The notes below the pieces were generated by a model, which saw only the letters and a program-made list of their open reading frames with translations, was not told where the DNA came from and made no database searches. This document shows positions 7,707 to 15,329 of a stretch of 32,000 nt of DNA, piece after piece. The translations under genes and the position numbers were made by a program. Source of the DNA: an uncultured Nitrososphaerota archaeon. GTDB taxonomy: Archaea > Thermoproteota > Nitrososphaeria > Nitrososphaerales > Gagatemarchaeaceae. Each line of letters starts with the position of its first letter. Position 1 is the stretch's first letter. Where the stretch lies: assembly GCA_963838925.1 (NCBI GenBank), contig CAWISW010000002.1:16705-48704 (forward strand), given 5' to 3'.

Positions 7707-8414
7707 CTATCGGCCCTGAGACCGGCCGCGGCCCTCGCCGACCTGCCTGATGTACTCGGTCACGACGAGCTTCTCGATGGCCCTCCCCGACCTGAACGCC
7801 TCGGGCGCGGCGCGTATCCGCTCCTCCGCCCTCGCCGGGTCGATCCTCTTCTCGGCGCACTTCATCTTGGCAACCTCGATGGCAGTATGCTGGTCGATGG
7901 GCGGAAACTCGATGGGGAAGAGCCTGTCCTTCAGCGCGCTGTCAAGGAGCTGGAACTTGTTGGTCGTCATGATGAGCGCCGTCTGCGATGTGTCCAGCTC
8001 GTCTATCTGGTGGAAGAGGATGTTGTTCTGGGCGACGTGCCAGCTCTCCCCCTTCATCCAGTCCCTGTCCGGGAAAACGGACTCCGCGTCGTCTATGAGT
8101 ATCAGCGACCGCTTCTTGCGCGCCATCGCAAAGACCTTCACTATCTGACGCTCCGACTGGCCGTAGAGCTCCCTCGCGATCACGGAACCGTCGACGAAGA
8201 AGAGCGAGAGCTGGAGCTCCTTCGCCAGGACCTTCGCCATCAATGTCTTGCCGTTTCCCGGCTCGCCGTAGAAGATGAACCCCTTGATCCCCTTCAGCGA
8301 GCCGTTCCCCAGCTGGTGCGCGATGACGTTCCGGACCTCAGAGTATACCCTGTTGAATTCTTCTCCCTTGCAGCCTGAGAGCGACTCCGGGATGTCCCTC
8401 CACGCGGTCTCCAT
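7707..8414 (-). CDS. stand-alone single-domain AAA+ ATPase
   Basis: Walker A is GEPGNGKT and Walker B is LILIDDAE. A TTNKFQLLDSALKDR (sensor/second region of homology-like) segment follows. 235 aa with no substrate-recognition N-domain. Confidence 0.8.
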   Translation of the reverse strand: METAWRDIPESLSGCKGEEFNRVYSEVRNVIAHQLGNGSLKGIKGFIFYGEPGNGKTLMAKVLAKELQLSLFFVDGSVIARELYGQSERQIVKVFAMARKKRSLILIDDAESVFPDRDWMKGESWHVAQNNILFHQIDELDTSQTALIMTTNKFQLLDSALKDRLFPIEFPPIDQHTAIEVAKMKCAEKRIDPARAEERIRAAPEAFRSGRAIEKLVVTEYIRQVGEGRGRSQGR

Positions 8415-8619
8415 GCTGTCTCGTTTGGAGTTTGAGTCGGTTCGCGTCGCGGGTCGACCTCAAGGGTGCTCACGCCCCGTGGCCGATATAAGGGATGGCA
8501 AGGAAGATCCGGCGCCACGGCAGCGCCCTGGGGGTTATTCCCCCCAAGGCAAGTTCTATGAAGGACGGCATTAACCTAAGAATATTTATTAGCCCGCCGG
8601 CCGCCGCGTCTGATTCGTC

Positions 8620-8883
8620 TTGTCTGTGTCCTCGGAGCCGGCGCGGCCCGTCTGGGCGAAGGCCGACCTGTCGGTGGACGTGCGCGGCGAGAGCTGCCCC
8701 ATCCCCGAGCTGACGGCCGCCAAGAAGCTCAAGGAGCTGCCGCCTGCCAAGGTCCTCGAAGTCCTTACCGACCACCAGGCGTCCGTGGACGTGACTCTGC
8801 CCGACCTCGCAAGGGGGATGGGCTACGCCTTCTACTCGGAGAAGAGCGGAGACCTTTATCGAGTCTTCATCGCAAAGCGGTGA
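8620..8883 (+). CDS. tusA: TusA/SirA-like sulfur carrier protein
   Basis: DVRGESCPIPELTAAKKLKEL...VLEVLTDH matches the TusA CPxP active-site motif. TTG 8620 (or GTG 8626) lies about 30 nt downstream of aatatttattag (8581-8592). Confidence 0.75.
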   Translation: MSVSSEPARPVWAKADLSVDVRGESCPIPELTAAKKLKELPPAKVLEVLTDHQASVDVTLPDLARGMGYAFYSEKSGDLYRVFIAKR

Positions 8884-8887
8884 GCCG

Positions 8888-10144
8888 ATGCCCGCGCCCA
8901 CGATGTTGCCGGAGCACGTGCTCCCATTCGGTTACGCGTTCGTCTACGCCGCGTTCGGTGCTAGCGGCTTCCTCCTGGGATGGGTGGCGCAGAGGGGGAA
9001 CTACTGCTTCGTCAACGCGATGTCCTCCGTCTTCACGACGCGGAGCTACGACCGGTTCGGGGCGCTCCTGATCCTCTTCGGAGTCTCCGCGCTGATGACC
9101 GGGCTCCTCGTCGTCGCCGGGGTCGTGCCGGCCGTCGACCAATACTACGACAACTACTTCTCGGGCTGGTACATCGTCGTCGGCGCCGTCATCTTCGGAT
9201 TCGGCGCGACCATGGCTGGGGGCTGCAACCTCTCGATGCTCTACAGGGCCGCGAGCGGGTATGTCCAGAACTGGCTGGAGCTCGTGGGGATGATGGTCGG
9301 GACGTACATCTTCGCGGTCGCGATATGGCCGTTCCAGTCCTACACGATGGCTAACGGGATCCTTTCCACGAAGCTAGGGGCTTACACAGAGTACCTTCCC
9401 TACGACCTCTTCCACTCGGTCTCTCAGACCTCCGTCGGGGCGGCGGCAGCCCTCCTTGGGATCCCGCTGGTCGCCCTGGGGATCCTGCTCCAGCGGAGGA
9501 CTCGCTCGAAGCGCCTCCTCGGCGGCGCCCTGGCGTCGGGGACCGGCATGCGGGTGACCATGGCCGCCCCCTCCTCCGGGCCGGTCGGTCCGCTGCCCTC
9601 GATAGGGCTCCAGGGGACGAGGCTGGGCTTGGCGAACGCGAAGGACATCCTTCTTCTGAGGAGGCCGTACGGCGCGAATCTCTCGACGCTCCTCCTCGCT
9701 GGCACCCTCCTCCTGGTCTTCGTGGCCGGAGCGGGCTACACTTTCAACTATCTCGTGATTACCTCGTCCGACGGCGGAAGGTTCCTCGAGTACATCCTGA
9801 TGCCCTTCGGGGTGAACCTCGCGCTGGGGACGCCCTGGTACAACGACGCCCTCCCGATAGTCGACCCCAGCGTACTGATGGTCGTGATGCTCATCGTCGG
9901 AGCGTTCCTGGCCAGCTACCTCAGCGGGGACTTCAAGGTCCGGGTCCCGCGCCAGAAGAAGAGGCTCGCCATCGGGTTCTCGGGCGGGATACTCGTCGGG
10001 ATCGGCGTGAGGACCGCGCTGGGCTGCAACGTGGGATTGATGTGGACGAACTTTGCGCAGCTGGGCTACGACGGCATCCTCTTCCTATTCGCGATGCTGG
10101 CAGGCGTTTGGATCGCCGTCAAGGTACAGAGGCGGTTGGTATGA
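8888..10144 (+). CDS. yeeE: YeeE/YedE family (TsuA-like) thiosulfate/sulfur-compound transporter
   Basis: Starts 4 nt after the TusA stop. The three family-typical Cys motifs are present: GNYCFVNA (C40), GGCNLSMLY (C113) and LGCNVGLMW (C380). 418 aa, with a hydrophilic insert between the two halves at about aa 203-262. Confidence 0.8.
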   Translation: MPAPTMLPEHVLPFGYAFVYAAFGASGFLLGWVAQRGNYCFVNAMSSVFTTRSYDRFGALLILFGVSALMTGLLVVAGVVPAVDQYYDNYFSGWYIVVGAVIFGFGATMAGGCNLSMLYRAASGYVQNWLELVGMMVGTYIFAVAIWPFQSYTMANGILSTKLGAYTEYLPYDLFHSVSQTSVGAAAALLGIPLVALGILLQRRTRSKRLLGGALASGTGMRVTMAAPSSGPVGPLPSIGLQGTRLGLANAKDILLLRRPYGANLSTLLLAGTLLLVFVAGAGYTFNYLVITSSDGGRFLEYILMPFGVNLALGTPWYNDALPIVDPSVLMVVMLIVGAFLASYLSGDFKVRVPRQKKRLAIGFSGGILVGIGVRTALGCNVGLMWTNFAQLGYDGILFLFAMLAGVWIAVKVQRRLV

Positions 10145-10425
10145 GCGGCGGGGCGACGGCTGAGCGTTTCAGCTATGCGCGGCTCATCGCCCCTATCGTG
10201 CTAGTGCTCTTCGTCGTGGGCTGGTACCAGTTCTCGGTGGTCTACATACAAGGGGCGGACAACCAGCTAGTGGCCAGCGGCGAACTCGCGGTCTACGTCC
10301 CCATCCAACAGGTCAGCGGCTACTTGTCCGCGCTTCTCGACGCGACCTACCTCGCTGCGGCCGCCGGGGCGATAACTTTCGCGTACTACCTGACGAAGCT
10401 GCTCCGAACCCAGTCCCGAAAGTAG
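10141..10425 (+). CDS. small two-TM membrane protein, translationally coupled to yeeE
   Basis: ATG 10141 overlaps the yeeE TGA (ATGA). 94 aa with two hydrophobic helices (LIAPIVLVLFVVGWY and AAAAGAITFAYYL). I recognise no family. Confidence 0.55.
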   Translation: MSGGATAERFSYARLIAPIVLVLFVVGWYQFSVVYIQGADNQLVASGELAVYVPIQQVSGYLSALLDATYLAAAAGAITFAYYLTKLLRTQSRK

Positions 10426-10450
10426 CGAATTCGCCTCTTCGCGGTCTAGC

Positions 10451-11341
10451 TCAGAGCCGCCCCGCCCTCATCCTCAAGGCGAGGAGCATCGTGATCACGA
10501 TGGCGGCGATGAGCCCAGCCGAGGAGAGGAGCGGTACTAGTCCAGAGACTGCGCCGCCCGATGACGAGACCGCCGGTACGGGCGGGGAAGTCAGGTTCAA
10601 GGATCCCACATAGGCAGAGTAGGCGACCAGCAGGGCCGGGACTGCGCTCACGGCCGACGCCCTCCTCTCCCCGCTCGACCAGAGCGACGCCGCGAACAGG
10701 ACCAGGCTCAGGAGCAGCGCGCCTCCGAGGGCTTCGTGCACCAAGAACGAGGCGGAGGCCTCCGCCTGTTTGAAGGCGGCGAGCTCCAATCCGAGGGGAA
10801 GCGAGAAGACGGGACCTGCGACAAACAGGTTGACGTAGATTCCCGAGACGAAGACCGCGTAGAAGAGGAGGAGCGCAAGGTAGCACGAGATCCGCGCGCG
10901 CCCGTCCGCCGTGACCCCGTAGGCCGATGACCCCTCGTCAGGCCTCGAGCTCGCCATCGAGAGGAACGTAAGGAAGATGGCCGTCACGAACGAAGTGCCC
11001 ATTATCATGCTCTGTGCGTCGTCCGACCCTCCTCCCAGCACGAACGCGAGGCCAGAGTCCCCCGCGACGACTATCGAGACCGAAGCCAGCAGGGCGAGGA
11101 CGGTCGCCCGCCTGGAGCCCTCGGCCCAGGAAAGGCCGAGGATGAAGACGCTCGTCGCCGCGCTCAAGGTCGCGAGGACCACGTGCGACTCGACCGCCGG
11201 ATTCAGCAGGATCGCCTCCGTGCTCGTCCCCGGGATCATCGAGACGAATCCGTTGACGTATATGCCGGCCAGCCACGTCGCGGAGAGGAACGCCAACTGG
11301 AGGCGCGACGCGTCCGCCAACTTGCGGGCGAGAGATGGCAC
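10451..11341 (-). CDS. 8-TM membrane protein with an internal 4-TM duplication, unknown function
   Basis: The two halves align: GIYVNGFV...ESHVVLATL...SWAEGSRRAT against GIYVNLFV...LVHEALGG...LWSSGERRAS. The ORF extends to TTG 11362. I prefer GTG 11341 because the TATA-like ttaaataatc (reverse strand of 11364-11376) is too close to 11362. Confidence 0.65.
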   Translation of the reverse strand: MPSLARKLADASRLQLAFLSATWLAGIYVNGFVSMIPGTSTEAILLNPAVESHVVLATLSAATSVFILGLSWAEGSRRATVLALLASVSIVVAGDSGLAFVLGGGSDDAQSMIMGTSFVTAIFLTFLSMASSRPDEGSSAYGVTADGRARISCYLALLLFYAVFVSGIYVNLFVAGPVFSLPLGLELAAFKQAEASASFLVHEALGGALLLSLVLFAASLWSSGERRASAVSAVPALLVAYSAYVGSLNLTSPPVPAVSSSGGAVSGLVPLLSSAGLIAAIVITMLLALRMRAGRL

Positions 11342-11460
11342 GACGGGCGAACGCCCCTCCAAGATTATTTAACCCAGTCGAGGCGAAGCGCCCCGTCAGG
11401 GCTCTCCGGAACCCTCGGAATGTATAACCGGAATCGAATCCCAACCCATGGCGGAATGAG

Positions 11461-12750
11461 ATGACCGCGGCGGCCAAGAAGGATGAACCGGGGACGCGCT
11501 GGTTCTACTCGCAGATTCCGGTCGACATCGCGACCGGGCCGGTCGGCACGCTCATCCAGCTGTACATCCTCGAGCTCCACGGCACGGTCATCGACGTCGG
11601 CCTGGCGATAACCCTCTTCAACGCCGTCAGCATCCCCGCGGCCGTAATCTGGGGATACGTGACCGACCGCTTCCAGAGCAGGAAGACGATACTCGTCCTG
11701 AGCTGTGTGGCGGTGTCAGCGAACCTAGTCATACTCCCCATCGCCGAGAGCATCTCTGGGGTCGCGCTCATCTATGGGCTCTTCTCGCTGGTCTCATCCG
11801 CGTCAGCGACTCCCGCTAACCTGCTGATAATGGAGAGCCAGAGGAAGTCTCACTGGGCGTCGGCGTTCGCGAGGTTCTCGATGGTCTCGAGCGTGGGCAC
11901 GACGTTGGGCCTCCTCCTGGGGATAGCGTGGTCGAACTTCCTGCCAATCTCGCTCCTCGTCCTCCCCCTCTCAGCGCTGTCGCTGGCTTCCGCCGTCCTG
12001 TCGGTCGTGATGATAAAGCAGCCCGCGGTCTCGTTCGAGCGGGAGTTCATCGTCCTGCAGAGGCGCAGCCTCCAGCAGAGGCTCCTCGCCATCCCGCTCA
12101 TCTTCCTGAGGCTGCCTAACGTCGTCGACTTCAAGTCGGTCTTCAAAGGGCTAAGGAGCGCCCTCACTAGGCAGCTCCCTCTCCTCTACCTCTCGATCTT
12201 CGTCTTCTATCTCGCCAGCGGCCTGTTCAACACCTCGTTCGTCCCGTCCCTGCGCGCCGCGGGCCTGAGCGCGAGCGCGGTCTTCCTCGTTTCGATGGCG
12301 GCCAATGTCGCCCAGACCGCCTCCTTCTACTTCGCCGGGCCGTACGTCGAGAAGAGGGACCTCAGGAAGACTGCCGTCGCGGGCCTCGTCGTGAGGTCGG
12401 CCTGCTACGCGGGCATCGGCATCCTGGCCTACCTCGCGAGCGGCCTTCCCTACCTGGGCGGGACGCTAGTGCTCTATCCGATCGCGGGAGGTCTCGCCTT
12501 CGCCATCTACTACACGTCCTCCAACACGATGATCTTCAACACGCTCGGAGCCAAGAACCAGGGTTCGAGGCTCGGGGTCTACAGCGCTCTCGTGGGAATC
12601 GCGACGATGATCGGCTCGTTCGTCTCGGGATACGTCTCGTTCTACTTCGGGTTCCTGGCTACCTTCGCGTTGGCGGCAGTCTGCCTCGCGGGGTGCGCCG
12701 TCCTGGTGCCGGTGGTCACGTCCACGCACCAAGAAGGGTCTCCGCACTAG
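11461..12750 (+). CDS. MFS transporter
   Basis: 429 aa with about 12 hydrophobic segments in two halves. GYVTDRFQSRK is an MFS loop 2-3 style motif. Confidence 0.75.
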   Translation: MTAAAKKDEPGTRWFYSQIPVDIATGPVGTLIQLYILELHGTVIDVGLAITLFNAVSIPAAVIWGYVTDRFQSRKTILVLSCVAVSANLVILPIAESISGVALIYGLFSLVSSASATPANLLIMESQRKSHWASAFARFSMVSSVGTTLGLLLGIAWSNFLPISLLVLPLSALSLASAVLSVVMIKQPAVSFEREFIVLQRRSLQQRLLAIPLIFLRLPNVVDFKSVFKGLRSALTRQLPLLYLSIFVFYLASGLFNTSFVPSLRAAGLSASAVFLVSMAANVAQTASFYFAGPYVEKRDLRKTAVAGLVVRSACYAGIGILAYLASGLPYLGGTLVLYPIAGGLAFAIYYTSSNTMIFNTLGAKNQGSRLGVYSALVGIATMIGSFVSGYVSFYFGFLATFALAAVCLAGCAVLVPVVTSTHQEGSPH

Positions 12751-12777
12751 CGATGTCGGGCGTCACAGAGCGCGGCC

Positions 12778-13350
12778 CTACATCTGCCGCCAGTGCTCGC
12801 CGCGGCGGCGCCTTCTGAGTTGTGCGGCGAACCCGGCAACGGCGAGAACAAGCGAGACTATCGCCGAGACGAGCGGCGGGACCCCGAAGGAGACAAGCAC
12901 GCCGTAGAGCACGACGCCGCCTAGCACGGAGGTCACCAGCTCTAGGAGCTTGCTCGAAATTGCCAACCCTACGAAGAAGAGTATGATGCCTACCACGATT
13001 GCGAGGACCAAAACGCCCGTCAATTCCCGGGTGGCCAGGTACCCAAAGTACCCGAGGGCGAGCCCCATCCCGAGGTCGACGAGGAGGAGGCCGACCACCC
13101 CGCCGATGAGGAAGCCGACGACTCCTCCGATGACCGCTCCTATGACCCCCAAGAGCAGTGTCCCGACGGCGAGGCCGAAGGCCGCCCCAGCGACGCCGAC
13201 GACCAAGAAGGCGAGCCCCTTGATTATGTGCCTGCCGTCGAAAATGAGGCCGAGCGAGACAAAGAGCAGTATGATCGCGAAGAGGGTGCCGCCCAGGCCG
13301 GTGAGCGCGTGCGGGAAGAAGCTGGAAGCCGCGACGTCCGAAGGGAACAT
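12778..13350 (-). CDS. Gly-rich multi-pass membrane protein (DUF4203/TMEM198-like by composition)
   Basis: 190 aa made of G/V/L-rich helices (GAVIGGVVGFLIGGVVGLLLV) with a basic C-terminal tail. ATG 13350 lies about 30 nt from a TATA-like box. The overlapping 282-aa R-rich frame was rejected. Confidence 0.6.
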   Translation of the reverse strand: MFPSDVAASSFFPHALTGLGGTLFAIILLFVSLGLIFDGRHIIKGLAFLVVGVAGAAFGLAVGTLLLGVIGAVIGGVVGFLIGGVVGLLLVDLGMGLALGYFGYLATRELTGVLVLAIVVGIILFFVGLAISSKLLELVTSVLGGVVLYGVLVSFGVPPLVSAIVSLVLAVAGFAAQLRRRRRGEHWRQM

Positions 13351-13416
13351 CGCTCAACCCGAAGCCGAGTGGCGCCATTAAAGATTGAGCCCGCGATGAA
13401 GGGGTGCCGCGACGGT

Positions 13417-13476
13417 GTGAGTGGCAGAGGGGTGGTCTCGGTTCCCGAGAGCCATCCCCGCCGGTATCCCACTCAC
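13417..13476. other. 60-nt compound hairpin in a 258-nt divergent spacer
   Basis: The outer stem pairs GTGAGTGG (13417-13424) with CCACTCAC (13469-13476). The inner stem pairs 13429-13440 with 13446-13458: 12 bp, one bulge, one G-T pair. Confidence 0.35.
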
Positions 13477-13608
13477 TTGGGAAGACTGTGAGCAAAAGGA
13501 TGCGCAAAAAGATGATAAGCTTTGTGAAACCCGAATCTGGGTGCCGCCCGACCGGGTCAAGCACACGGGAATCATGTTTAGTATCACCCGAGGCGGAGAC
13601 CCCGCGCG

Positions 13609-14460
13609 TTGGCCGACGGTTTCTTCCGCTACTTGGCTCACGGTGAGCGCGCAGAGGGTTACCGTGCCGACCCGAAGTCCGGCGTTCCCCTAGGACAGGT
13701 CATCGTCGTCCACGAGGTGTGGGGCCTCAACGGTTTCGTCAAGGAGGTGTGCGGACGGCTGGCAGGAGAGGGCTTCCGCGCCGTGGCCCCCGTCCTGTAC
13801 TGGCGGGACAAGGAACTCTTCTCGCCCAAGAGGATGGTCGAGGGCATGAAGGTCGTGTGGGACTTGAGCCTCGAGGAGAGGTACGAGCCGGAGAAGCTCG
13901 ACGAGGCCATGCGGAAGGGACGGGCCTCCGAAGAGACGCGCTCGATGCTCAGGATGCTCTACGACCGCGGTTTCAGGAGCAAGCTCCAGCGCGACGTTCT
14001 GTCCCTAGCCCGTCGCCTTCGAAAGGACGACCCGAAAAGCCCGATGGGAGTGGTCGGGTTCTCGATGGGAGGCAAGCTCGCCATGCAGCTCGCGGCGAGG
14101 TTTCAGGGTGTCGCCGCCTGTGTGGCGTATTCTGCTGAACCCGCGCTCGGCGGTCCGGCGGAGAAGATCCGCTCCCCGTTGCTGCTCCTCTACGGTTGCG
14201 AGGACGGGTTCATGATGCGCGACCTCCCCGCGTTCGTGAGAGGCGCCATCGAAAACGGGACGGAGCTGGATCTGAAGACGTACCCGTCTGCTGGGCACGA
14301 GTTCTTCGACCGCTCGAAGGGAGAGTATCGCGCCGCCGCAGCGGAAGACGCGTGGACCACCGCCGTCGACTTCCTAAGGAAGAAACTTGCGGCGAGCGGG
14401 TCGCAGAGAAAAAAAAGAAGTCAGGGAGACCGAGCGCAGAGCCGGGCGCCTAGCCCGTGA
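13609..14460 (+). CDS. dienelactone hydrolase family alpha/beta hydrolase
   Basis: VIVVHEVWGLN, the nucleophile elbow GFSMGG, and the C-terminal AGHEFFD. TTG start at 13609 lies about 29 nt after gtttagtat (13576-13584). The tail is basic (QRKKRSQGDR). Confidence 0.8.
   Translation: MADGFFRYLAHGERAEGYRADPKSGVPLGQVIVVHEVWGLNGFVKEVCGRLAGEGFRAVAPVLYWRDKELFSPKRMVEGMKVVWDLSLEERYEPEKLDEAMRKGRASEETRSMLRMLYDRGFRSKLQRDVLSLARRLRKDDPKSPMGVVGFSMGGKLAMQLAARFQGVAACVAYSAEPALGGPAEKIRSPLLLLYGCEDGFMMRDLPAFVRGAIENGTELDLKTYPSAGHEFFDRSKGEYRAAAAEDAWTTAVDFLRKKLAASGSQRKKRSQGDRAQSRAPSP
14409..14416 (-). terminator. T8 tract (A8 on the + strand), candidate oligo-T terminator for the convergent secreted-protein gene
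   Basis: It is the only 8-nt homopolymer I noticed. It lies about 35 nt past the minus-strand stop at 14450 and sits inside the DLH coding tail, where it encodes RKKR. Confidence 0.4.
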
Positions 14461-15088
14461 TGGTGCTCGTGAGGGCCACTGCGTACTCGGTCGTCCCGTT
14501 ACTGAAGTCCAACGACACTGTCGATGTGGTTGTGCCGCTGAAGTTGCCGCGAGCTGTCGCTCTTACGATGTATGAGCCGGAGGAGCTTGTCGCCCCCTCG
14601 CCCTGGATGCCCGCACCTCCGGGCCCCATCACTGCAGAGCCTGAGGTGACGTTGTAGGTGGTCCCGGCCACGGTCATGCTACCACCCACGTTGAGTATGT
14701 AGCCGCCCGTGAGCTGTCCGGTGACAGTGAAGGTCAGCGTCCCTGACGCTGTGCCGTTTGTCTTGCCTTGGGTCCCCACCACGAAGTAGCTTCCACTCGT
14801 GCTCGTGAGGGTGATCGTCTGTCCTGTGGTGAAGGTCGTTGCCGGGCCTTGGCCGCCGGGACCGCGTCCAAGCGGGCCTCCGCCGCGCAGTCCGAAGAAG
14901 GCCGCGATGCGGTGCATCGGGCCGCCCATCGGAGGCGGGGTTGTCGTGCTCGAGGTGGTCGCCGCCGAGCCAGTGCTCGTCGTCGAACTATTGCTTGTCG
15001 ATGCGGTAGTTGCGAACGCGGGGTAGGCGAGGAATGCCGCCATTATGGCCGCGCCCAATGCAACAACCGCGATGTGCGATGCCTTCAT
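14450..15088 (-). CDS. secreted Thr/Ser/Gly-rich protein, unknown function
   Basis: MKASHIAVVALGAAIMAAFLAYPAFA is a signal peptide. It is followed by an S/T-rich linker and then a T/G-rich beta-type region with NxT/S sequons. The track start (GTG 15109) is possible, but ATG 15088 fits the signal-peptide geometry better. Confidence 0.65.
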   Translation of the reverse strand: MKASHIAVVALGAAIMAAFLAYPAFATTASTSNSSTTSTGSAATTSSTTTPPPMGGPMHRIAAFFGLRGGGPLGRGPGGQGPATTFTTGQTITLTSTSGSYFVVGTQGKTNGTASGTLTFTVTGQLTGGYILNVGGSMTVAGTTYNVTSGSAVMGPGGAGIQGEGATSSSGSYIVRATARGNFSGTTTSTVSLDFSNGTTEYAVALTSTITG

Positions 15089-15124
15089 GTTCTTACTTCC
15101 TTTGTTCACCGACGAGCGGTCCCT

Positions 15125-15152
15125 TATAATCGATTGTGGTGCAGTCGTCTAA
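15125..15152. repeat. copy 1 of a 28-nt direct repeat (tataatcgattgtggtgcagtcgtctaa); contains a TATA-like box
   Basis: 23 of 28 positions match 15302-15329 (aataatcaattatggtgcaagcgtctaa), counted by hand. The copies are offset by 177 nt. Confidence 0.7.
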
Positions 15153-15295
15153 AAGCCAAGACCGCCGCCTTCCGTGGGGCGCACGGTAAAGGGGAGTTAG
15201 TCCTGAGGCAGAGGTGCCCAGAGGGGACGGGCGCCAATCGCCCACCTGTCCCCGGGCAACTCCACTTCCTCCGATAGCAGCGTATAGGGAGGAAC
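15151..15295 (-). ncRNA. candidate small structured RNA (unclassified) between the two repeat copies
   Basis: Four hairpins read by eye: 15172-15186; 15193-15198 with 15258-15263; 15223-15253 (nested GGGGAC/GTCCCC plus GGGCG/CGCCC); and 15266-15294. On the minus strand the element follows a TATA-like box in repeat copy 2 and ends at a T4 run (reverse of 15151-15154). No known family recognised. Confidence 0.3.
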
Positions 15296-15301
15296 CGACA
15301 T

Positions 15302-15329
15302 AATAATCAATTATGGTGCAAGCGTCTAA
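15302..15329. repeat. copy 2 of the 28-nt direct repeat
   Basis: See copy 1. Further diverged homologous blocks follow both copies: 15221-15253 against 15351-15384, and tccgatagc at 15270-15278 against ttcgatagc at 15399-15407. Confidence 0.7.

Noticed and set aside
7666-7860. N-terminal extension of the DUF169 ORF in the track (295-aa version)
   Set aside because: The extension overlaps the 3' end of the AAA+ gene, is R/G/E-rich, and precedes the family-typical N-terminus. GTG 7665 and TTG 7653 have a TATA-like box at the right distance.
8530-8552. Hairpin cctggggg-ttatt-ccccccaagg in the AAA+/tusA divergent spacer
   Set aside because: It is a short, imperfect stem with one bulge, made of G and C runs. 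I could not link it to any motif or repeat, so it is recorded only as a possible incidental structure.
11430-11442. tRNA T-loop-like string ggaatcgaatccc
   Set aside because: The flanking bases cannot form a T-stem, and no acceptor, D or anticodon arms can be drawn in the 98-nt spacer. It sits between two promoters.
12716-13564. 282-aa minus-strand ORF overlapping the Gly-rich membrane protein frame
   Set aside because: It is extremely Arg/Pro-rich (RRRR and PRRR runs). The alternative frame at 12778-13350 gives coherent TM helices and has correct TATA spacing.
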